Of a DNA stretch of 64,000 bases, positions 52,849-64,000 are shown piece after piece; position 1 is the first letter of the stretch, and each line of letters starts with the position of its first letter. The stretch is from Octopus sinensis (taxonomy: Eukaryota). Location of the stretch: the NCBI RefSeq assembly GCF_006345805.1, contig NC_042998.1:173848001-173912000 (forward strand). Reading direction: 5' to 3'. A program made the position numbers and the translations under genes. The notes under the pieces were generated by a model that ran no database searches, was not told the DNA's origin, and saw only the letters and a program-made list of their open reading frames with translations.

Positions 52849-53557
52849 TAGCAACAAACAAAATGAGGACGAATATCCGTCATATGTAAAAATGTAAATA
52901 ATGTACATAATTCCTCATCTCTTAAATATAGAACTGAAATTTTCATTTGTACCATCATAGGTGTATTTAGTTATGAACATACAAATGTACACAAAAAAAT
53001 ACTAAAAGTACTAAGTTTTTCGATGAAAGAGGTAAAGAAGCTGGGACATATTCACCATGTGCAATCTATTAGCAACTCAGTGAAAATTTGTAAGACATTC
53101 CAAAGATTCTCCATCTAAGATTTTTTAGATGAATTGATGCATTGTATTTGGGTATGTGCATCAACAGCTCAACTAATACACCAAGTCAACCACATATTTA
53201 CAAACAATGGAAACTCTCTTCATTCAGAAATGTCTTTGTTTTATTGACGACCGACTTGAATTCCCTTTACAAAGAAAATAAACTCAAAGACAAAAATGCC
53301 TATATATAAACATACATGCTGTCCTAGTACGAATACAGAGATTCTCTTGTTGAATACGCGTATATACATTAACACAAGGAATATTCGTAAAAACGTTCCT
53401 ATCAAAACTTCTGTGTAGTGCAAATATAATACAATGGTTATCGTTGTTTGGAATGAACAAGAAAAGGAATAGGAGTCACGGAGTTCGGCTGCGTGCTGCT
53501 GTGACTCTCTCTTCATAAATCAAAGAGAAAGAGGCTAAGTACAGACAACTACGTTCA

Positions 53558-53791
53558 AACCTATTTTCTTTCCTACCCACAAGGGGCTACACACAGAGGG
53601 GACAAACAAGGACAGACAAACAGATTAAGTCGATTATATCGACCCCAGTGCGTAACTGGTACTTATTTAATCGACCCCGAAAGGATGAAAAGGCAAAGTC
53701 GACCTCGGCGGAATTTGAACTCAGAACGTAGCGGCAGACGAAATACCGCTAAGCATTTCGCCCGGCATGCTAACGTTTCTGCCAGCTCGCC
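53558..53791 (-). mobile_element. tRNA-derived SINE (ggcgagctggcagaa head)
   Basis: B-box gttcaaattcc; ggtcgactttgcctttcatcc central motif; degenerate copies at about 43290-43390, 43580-43760 and 54640-54822. Confidence 0.75.
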
Positions 53792-54217
53792 AAACCTTCA
53801 ACGTTTATATCCAGATTACGAATTCACATTTATACCAATGATAACTGGTACACTCGATTTTATGAGTAAATGTCTTGAGTGACAGTTTGGCTAAGCTAGT
53901 TTTCAGAAAAAGAAATAACTCAGCTAAGACAAAATACATTTTGTAAGTGGACAAGTAATAATATGCATGAATATCCTCATGTTTCAAATTCAAATTTGTT
54001 TTTGTTGTCTATATTTCAATGGAGCTTTGTACCATTGCTAGAAATAATCTCCTTCTTCAGAGGAAGATTTCAAATAATTAAAGACGGAAGAGAACACGAA
54101 TAAATGTATATACATCACATGCGTGTGTCTTTGTGTCTATGCATGCATGTATGTATGTACGTATGTATGTATGTATGTATGTATGTATGTATGTATGTAT
54201 GTATGTATGTATGTATG

Positions 54218-54251
<34 letters not shown>

Positions 54252-56646
54252 TGTATGTACGTGTTTTTGAAGGTATGAATTATACACGGGCGAGCGCATA
54301 ATCAAGGATTTCTATCAAATATAAATCATTTCATCCTCGGTCGGTGGAATGTTTTCTTAAGTTCAAACACCAGGATTCTTGTAGAAAATAACTTTGAACA
54401 AAGGGAAAGTGAACTCTATAAGTGAAACTCGTAAGGTTTCACACGAGCCAAAGACAGAATTTATACGTTGATGATATGCAACTATCATCAAAGTGCTGGG
54501 TGAATATAAACAACTAATATCTTCCAACTTCCTGTGTCGATAATAATCTGTTATGCTTCTTGGGCGTGTTTGTTGAATGTATTTTTCAAATATTAATAAA
54601 TAGAATATCAACTGATAATATTGGTTTCAAATTCTGACACAATGCCAGCAATTTCGGGAGAGTAAGTCAATTATATCGACCCCAGCGCTCAAATGGTACT
54701 TATTTTATCAAAAAGATCAAAAGCAAAGTCGTCCTTGATGGGACTTGAAATCAGAAAGCGAAGACGGACGAAATGCCGCTAACCACTATGTCCGGTGTGC
54801 TAACGCGTCTGCCAGGTCGCTGCTTTCTACAATTCATAATATTAAAAAAAGGAAAGAGCAATAATTATTTTGTTTCTTTCTTTTCTTTATATTTTCTGTA
54901 AGATAATCTGAGGGATAACTTATATTCAAATAATTTTGTTTGAAAATATACAGGTAATTTAATTGCATGTAAATACGTTAAAATCCAAATAAGAAATAAG
55001 AAATTAAAACAAAAGTCCTTTTTACAGAGAGAAAACGTGTAATAATGATATCTCTAAATATATTCAAAGTTAATTCTATCTACAAATGACCGATTTTAAC
55101 TGGTTAGGATAACCAACTACGATTTAAGAAAGAGAAAATATCAGTCATGTTTCTGTAAAGAAGATAATATAGCCATTGTCAAAACGACAGTCTTGATCAA
55201 AGTGAAATCAATCAGAGATGACCTACAGTTAGATAATCTCAACAACTTCAGCAAGAAGGGGAACATATATCCATTGCTTGGGTCTAGATTCATTAAACAA
55301 AGTTAATAATAAATGGATCGGTATTTTAATCTCTTTTTTTGTTTGTTTGTTTTTTTTTTAGTTTTTTTTTTTTTTGAGTTAACTGAACTGTGGTGTGAAC
55401 AGCTAAGATAATCTATTCAAAAACACAGGAAAATATCTACAATAGGCTTAAATTTCCGGCTCTTTACCAGAGAGTCCATTTTGTATTTACTGCTTCTGAA
55501 ACAGATCTGACGCTTGGCTGAATGGCTTTTATGCTTACGAAAGATCACACAATCACAATAGTGTACAGAATAAATGATATTTAACTTTAACAATATTCGT
55601 TCTTCGTTTACTTGAATGTGTATATTACTTGATTTGTTGCGAAAAACATTTTTTTTACTCTTGTCGCTTTTGTCAATGTTGTTTCTGCTGTTGTTGATTT
55701 AATGTGCTCAAATCTTCAAAACTCTTGTTGATTTTGGTTGGTGAGTTACTGTTAGCTACTCTAGGCGTTGACAATTGTAATGCTGTACTGCAAAACATCG
55801 TATTTACTATTTGTTTTCACTGTCACCTTTCCCACCTACTGCTTATAGATTATATCCGGCTAACCAGCATCAACAATAGGAGTGACTCATATATCCAATG
55901 CTTAAGTCTCGATTCAGTAGAAATAAGGCATGATTAAACGTTCTTGTCTTACTGGCCCGATCCTGTAAAATCTAACTGTAGTGTCCAGGTATGCTGTGCT
56001 ACACAAATAATGAAATATGAAACATTCATTGTAGGGCCAATAATTTGATACACTGCCAATTTAACCAAGCATTGATCAAAATAATGTATATAAAAGCAGC
56101 TGGATCGTTAGAAGGTTGCTTTCCGATCGATCACATGGTCCTAGTTTCAGTCACACTGCGTGAGAGCTTTGACTAATGTTTTCTATTATAGCTTCGAGCC
56201 AAACCAAAACCTTGTGAGTGGATTTGGCGGAAACTGAAAGAAGCAGTTGTATACATATAAGGCGGTACCCCAGCGTGTACGCAGTCTAATGACTGAAACA
56301 AGTAAAAGGTATAAAGCAATGAAGTAAAGATTATTTCAAATTTATTTTCTGGTATCATTAAAATTATAAAATATGTGACTATGACTGAATCTACCGTTAT
56401 TGATTTGTTGAAAAGTTTAGATACTTTTTATAAATGTGTTCATATCAGAAGCTTTAGATGTCTTGGTAATATTTATAGCTATTAGGGGAGCACTGATGAG
56501 GAACTGGTAATTATATTTCAAGGCAAAGACTAAAATTTACATGAAATACGCAACTGTTAAAACATTTACAACAGAGTAATATTTCAGTGTTCTTCTGTTT
56601 CCCGACGACGTTCAATATATTCACAAAGCAAGTAGGTATAAACAAC

Positions 56647-56718
<72 letters not shown>

Positions 56719-57038
56719 ATATGCGCCAGACATCAGCAACCAGAAATGGAATTAAAAACGAATAAGCAGAATCAACATTAATATTTTTCCATCAAACTCA
56801 ACTTTAAGTGGAGATGACAGCAACAATCTCATGACAAAGGGTAATTCAGTCAACAGAAAACATCTTACTGGAAATGAAAGGAATATTTTATTATGTCTAG
56901 GGAAAATGATGTAGCTTCTAGCGTCATCATTTAGAGATTAAGTTGAATAAAAGGAAATGAAAACATGAGAGTCAGGTCATATCTCTAAACATCGATTTTT
57001 AACTCTGAAAGTGGTATGTATTTAATGGGGCAAACGGT

Positions 57039-57190
57039 GTGTGTGTGTGTGAGTGTGTGTGTGCACGCGTGTGTGTGTGCACGCGTGTGTGTGTGCACGC
57101 GTGTGTGTGTGCACGCGTGTGTGTGTGCACGCGTGTGTGTGTGCACGCGTGTGTGTGTGCACGCGTGTGTGTGTGCACGCGTGTGTGTGT
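57039..57190. repeat. 16-bp minisatellite (gcacgcgtgtgtgtgt) x8
   Basis: Units start at 57063, 57079 and so on up to 57175; purine-pyrimidine alternating. Confidence 0.9.
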
Positions 57191-58010
57191 ATTCATATGT
57201 ACAGTTTATATGCCTGTTAATGTTGATATAGTATTTGTCGTATAACTAACAAGATTACGAAACAGCTGTAAACATATGAAACAAACATCCACTGTCCCGC
57301 AGTGCTTCTCTTATAAGTTCTATTTATATGGGTGCATGTGTCTGTATGCATGAACTGAGAGAAAGACAGAAAGAAAGAATAAGAGACAGCATTCTTGCGT
57401 GGTAAAAAGCTTGCTTCCCCAAGAAGGTTGCTTCTGCGCATGTGCGAGTAAGTGTGGTGTTTTGCTCGAATTGAAAAAATTTTGAAGCTCCACTGTAAGG
57501 TAAGATACTTGATTTTTAGGTCCAGTGGGAACGTTTTGTTTTGCGGCATTTTTTTTTTTGTACAAGCAGTAAGTCCTACTGGATTCTAAATTCTGGTCTA
57601 CTTGCAGTGGAGCGATTATTTTTTCTCACTTAATTGTGAGAGTTGTTGCTTTGAGGAGTATTGTGCCTACTAAAAAATTTGTTCACCTCTTGCGAATGTT
57701 TTAAATAATTGTGAGAATTGCTGTTTTTTTTTGGGGGGGGGGTCTTTGCCTACGAAGATTGAACGATTTGTATACCAGTTTTTGTGGATGTTGTCTTCCA
57801 GTTGTGGCGTTCTGGGTTCAACCTTGGCAGGGAGTATCGAATGGCCGGAAGACTTTTTTGGCTGTGTTTTTGAACTATTGGCTTTCTTTCTTCTAAATTT
57901 TATTTGACTTTCTTTTCTTCTCATTTTATTGTGACTTTCTTTTGATTTCATTTTTCTTCTCTCTTTTTAAGCTTTGTTTTGAACTATTTTCGAACTGATA
58001 AAAAAAAAGA

Positions 58011-59060
58011 AAACATGGCAATGTTTTGGAGTGGGAGATTGTACCACCCAAACAGTGGTTGGAAGACCGTGAAGATAGGACGGTGCTGTTGAGGACCCAC
58101 TCCAAGTCACTCGACTCCATCGCCCTATTCGAAAAGACTGTAATTGAAAAAGGATTTGGCAGAGTATTTGCCAACAATTAAATTTATTTCCAGAGGTGTC
58201 AAATACGCAACGATGTGGTTGCTATTTGACACCCATAAAGAGGCTCGCAAATTTGCTAGCCAGCCCTTGGAGGGCGAGGAAATTTAATTTCTTCCTACGT
58301 ATTGTAGGAGGAGGTTGACGAGAGCTTGGGTCTGCGGGTTGCCACCCGGGGTAAAATCCGAGTGAATAGGGGACACTATCCACCGGGGTCCGGGTGGTAG
58401 CGGAGCCAATCTCCTTAATGTGAAAGTTTTTCCTGCGGCTGATTGGGGTTGTGTCAAAAGCTGTTTTGACACTTTGGACCCAATCAGCCAATCGGGTTTT
58501 TCCAGATTTTTTGAAAATGGCCGGGTGCAGTTACCCGTGATTCTTGAGGGTCACCTCCCCCACCCCATGTGTCATCGGTGCCTGGAGTCAGGCCTATAAA
58601 GAAAAACTGTCCCCAGGAACAAAATAATGTCCTGGAGCAGTTGAGTGAGACCTCTGTAGAAGAGGGAATTAAGGTGGCCGAGGAGGCGGAGGACTCCTCA
58701 AAGAAGGACCGCAAGAGGAAGAAGGTAACCAACAATGGGGCTAGTCGAAGAATCTTAGGGATGAGGAAGGGGAGGTGAATCTCCCGGTCACGGAGGAGAC
58801 GCACCCTCCCTCAGTTGAAAAGAAAACAAAAAAGCAGGAGGAAGAGAAACGGGACATTGCCGGCAGTCGGTGACATAGTACCGGAATGTCCCGGAACTAC
58901 GTCGGTTGGGGTTGTGCCAACGGAAGGAGAAGAGACACCGTTGGCGGGAACTGTCCCGTCAACGGTAGAATTGGATATCCCGCCCTCGGAGGAAGACGAA
59001 TTATTGGTCTTCTTCTATAGAGACGGGGAGGTTGAAATGGTGGTGGAAAAACACCATAAG
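58011..59060 (+). pseudogene. Possible Tx1/L1-like LINE ORF1 relic
   Basis: GC-richer, protein-like frames broken by stops (TMWLLFDTHKEARKFASQPLEGEEI*FLPTY..RAWVCGLPPGV). Family assigned by resemblance only. Confidence 0.35.
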
Positions 59061-59630
59061 TGAGTACCTTTAGCCTGCACACAGGATCTGCAGATAGCTG
59101 TTGAGGTCATAACGTTGGAGGGACTCAATGAGAAATATCGCTTGTACCCGGGCGAAGCCGACACAGAACACGTTTGATCTCGAATGAGGCATGGGGGGTG
59201 GGGTAGGATGCGGGCACAAGCGATGTTGGGAAGGAATATGGATAAGAGGTTGAACAGCCTCAGTATTATTGAAATTTCCTTTTGTTATTAAATATTATGA
59301 ACAGTGAAGAGGTTTCTTGCCTCATGAACAATATACAAGAGATCAATGTACTCGGGAAAAAAAATCGATCGGCGGGTGTCGTTTTTTCCTCCATTAATCA
59401 TAATTTTCATTTTCATTTCATATAACATTATGCCTATGTCCAGCCCGTAGCTTCCTTTTTCTATGTAAGGTCTTATGGCCAATATAATGAAATAAAGAAG
59501 TGTGTTTCCCAAGCACATGGTTCAAGATTCGATCTCAATGCGTGCCACCTAAGGCAAGTGTCTTCTACTATAGCCTCTAGCCGACCAAAACCTTGTGAGT
59601 GGATTTAGTAGGCAGAAACTGAAAGAAGCC

Positions 59631-59705
<75 letters not shown>

Positions 59706-59987
59706 ATATAAAATAGTGCGTGTGTGATTGTTTGTGAATGTATTTGTGCCCCTGACCAGGAAACAAACACATACACAAAGTCACGCACACACATGCATAC
59801 AGTTATCTACTTTCCTTGATGGGAATTTATATTTTTGTCAAAAATCAGCTCTTTCCTTAGAGGAGTATTACAAATGATTAAAAATACATGAGAATATACA
59901 TAGATATACACATACGTATCTATTTTTACACTATATTTTCTTTCAATACCATCGTTTGTAGATTTTGGACAATACTCTTTGGAGTAT

Positions 59988-60449
59988 CAAAGTAATAACT
60001 ATATTGCTGAATCTTTTGCCATCATACATGTGTGAGGAACAGCTTTTTTCTTCAATAAGAATCAAAAGGATGTTAGAAATTGAAGTTGAAATTCTTGGAT
60101 TTAGATGAACCTAAAACCCGATTTTCATATTGGAGTACAAAAAGAAAATGCAATTTATATCAATTGTGTTATATATATATTGAAAACGAATAAGATATAT
60201 CAAGGCAACATATCATATGGAGCAAGTCTATATTATTTTTAAGCCAATTTATTTGACATAAATTGCTCTCTAAATAAGAGAGCTGTGCCTTTCTTTTTGT
60301 ACACCAATATGTAAATCGGGTTTTAGGTTCATCTAAATCCAAGAATTTCAACTTCAGTTCTTAACATGCTTTTCATTCTTTTTGAAGAGAAAAGCTGTTC
60401 CCCACACATGCTGGATGGCAAAAGATTCAGCAATATAGTTGTTACTTTG
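59988..60449. repeat. Inverted repeat, about 160-bp arms, about 140-bp spacer
   Basis: 59988-60147 is a diverged reverse complement of 60290-60449. Confidence 0.88.
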
Positions 60450-60489
60450 CTATGAACAGCATACTCTTCCCTTAATCTGTCCCTGCTTA

Positions 60490-60800
60490 TTATTTCTGGG
60501 GGCGTAGTTGGAGTAGAATCCTCAAGCACCTCCTCCATAGGGTCATATAAGAAGCAACCGTCATTAGATTTACAGTTTGGACTACTGAGCATGAACAACT
60601 GAGACTATGGATATTAGCCAACCATCTTTTTCTTGATCTACCCCTAGGTTTCCTACTGGTTTGCTCGATTTGAAGTATCCATATCACAATTCTTTCGTAC
60701 GATATTCTAATTCCATAGCACTCTCTTCATAGAAATCAAGGGCCTGTTCTCACGATCAGAACTTGGCGTTAGAATCGATCAAACACTTTCGCTGGAAAAG
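60490..60800 (-). pseudogene. Possible RTE-like LINE 3' relic
   Basis: RKPRGRSRKRW resembles the RTE C-terminal GRPxxRW motif. Confidence 0.4.
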
Positions 60801-61557
60801 AGTAAATAGTGCACTTTTCTTATCAAGAGTTTTTCTAAGTGCGTTTCAATAATATTTGAAATTTACTGATATAATTGTTCAGTCTCAGTGGTAATTGAAG
60901 TATTTCAAGATATCTTTCTATAACATTAGTTTGAAAAGAGTCAGGTGGTTTTTAAAAGTATTATCTCTGTGGACAGTTAAGAGAGTATTCAGTTGCTAAC
61001 ATAGAATTAAATCTATTTCAAACTTAATATACAACAGTTGCCTACTTTTACGGTTTGAAATATTAGATTTAAGCAAATATTTTATTTTCTCTGAGAAGCC
61101 ACTGTGATGGAGTGCTGCATTATAATATAGAGTGGCACTAATAAAAATGAGTTCATAAGAAGATTATGATCATACATATTAATGTTAAGGATTATATTAA
61201 TTACGTAAATACTTGGTGGGTCTTTGGATGTCTTATTTACATGTAATACAATTTTAATATACTCACTGTGGTGGGGTTCAATATATTTGTATCTAAATTT
61301 AAAGTTATCTCTAACACATTAAATTATAATAAGATACATAACCATTGCAGAATGTAAGATCATTTCTTTGAATAACTTTATGAAACCTTTCCTACATCTA
61401 TCTTCTTCCTGTCCACTTTATTGCGTGAGGATAAAAGCCATTATCACTGTAAGATCTTCCTATTTCTGCAGCAAAACTTTAGATATAGAAGAAATGTGTC
61501 TCAAATATGTTCCTTTAGAGATATCAAATATAACACCTCTGTATTACTATTATTATT

Positions 61558-62111
61558 GAGTGAGAGAGCAGTTCATGCCATCAAAGTGACACTGGGGTAA
61601 AATATACGAAGCCCAATATACCCATCATGACTACCCGTCTGATAAAGGTACACCAGGCACATGCATCACAACCAAGTGCGCGACATGGTGATCTCATATC
61701 AAGATAAACAGCACATGACCTTGCAGGTGGGGCCCAGTTAGAATTTTCTTCATGTTGAGTAGCCCATCCCGCTCAATAGGTCCCTGAATAAGGGTTGTTT
61801 AAGGATGTTGAAAGAATCACCCATGTTTCCAGAGGTGAACTATTCAAACCCCAAAGAATCCCTCTCAACACATGGCTATGATGCTCCCCCACTACTTCTG
61901 CTCGTGATCAGAGATGCACATATCGTCAGCCACTAAGGGACATGCTCAACTGGTTACGGTCAAACAACTGACAAGCAAATCTGTGGTATTGAGCAGAATA
62001 TTTGCTGTAGCCCATCTTTTATACCAAGACAAAACAATGTACATGATAACACTTCCAATCAATTAAGATCAGAAGCCATGAGAGCCACTGCCTGGTACTG
62101 CATCAGGGCAT
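61558..62111 (-). mobile_element. About 550-bp interspersed-repeat-like element bounded by (TAT)n on both sides
   Basis: GC-richer block with (AAT)n at both junctions and no long ORF; single copy in this window. Confidence 0.45.
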
Positions 62112-62418
62112 TTATTATTATTATTATTATTATCATTATTATTATTGTTATTACTATTATTATCGCCATTATCTTTATCATCATCATCATCATTAGTTGT
62201 TTGTTATTCATGTGGGTTAATCAGTGTAAGCAAGAGGGATTTTCTTTCAGTGATATTAATACTGGATTCATAAGTTGCCACCATATTTGTAAAGGTCAAG
62301 GTTTTGAATACATACTCTGTGATAAAAGGATTAAAATCTTTGATGTCTTAGGAAATTTTAGCACAGCTTGTACAAACATATGCACACATGCATGCATATG
62401 CATGTATATGTACATATA

Positions 62419-63756
<1,338 letters not shown>

Positions 63757-64000
63757 TTTATTCTTTTATCTTTAGCTCCTGAAAAATTGAGCCTTCGCAT
63801 ATCCTGTCATATCAATCAATGAATTCGGCCTCAAATTAATTGCGTATGAAAGGAAATCTTTCATGTTTCCTGATAAATCTACCCTATGAACGGGAAAATT
63901 ATGATATGAGGATGACTTATTTGATATCTCTATAAGAGCATATGATGGCGTATGTGTGAATGTGTTAGGAAGCACACATCCTGCATAAACATAAACTTAT

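Larger units (their letters stand above)
52335..52935. mobile_element. Head-to-head pair of tRNA-headed SINE-like elements with HHR-bearing tails (family D)
   Basis: 52335-52594 is the reverse complement of about 52615-52905; A-box tggcgtaatgg, B-box gttcgattcc, triplet-repeat middle, HHR motif. Confidence 0.75.

Noticed and set aside
55660-55790. Minus-strand terminal-exon-like frame (..NKSFEDLSTLNQQQQKQH*)
   Set aside because: Short, unrecognised and cannot be linked to other exons.
57039-57190. CRISPR-like array
   Set aside because: Identical units with no spacers, in eukaryotic DNA.

Overview
Repeat-dense, AT-rich animal nuclear DNA. The microsatellite load and SINE types suggest an octopus or other coleoid cephalopod (inference, no search run). 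No intact host gene is recognisable, only a few weak exon candidates, and most long ORFs in the track are translated (AT/GT/CA)n repeats. Recognisable elements: a decayed Helitron with Rep and PIF1 helicase motifs (7413-12128) plus short non-autonomous Helitrons; three CR1/L2-group LINE pieces, one near full length; R4/Dong-like and Tx1-like relics; two inverted Penelope-like (GIY-YIG) fragments; mariner and maT relics; many tRNA-derived SINEs. The most notable signal is a set of minimal type I hammerhead ribozyme (HHR) motifs in five to six unrelated sequence families. They sit in Penelope-like termini that often form outward-pointing foldbacks, and include a 477-nt tandem retrozyme-like unit, a tRNA-headed SINE with an HHR tail, and a possible non-canonical U3-A8 core variant. 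The window is also rich in long inverted repeats.
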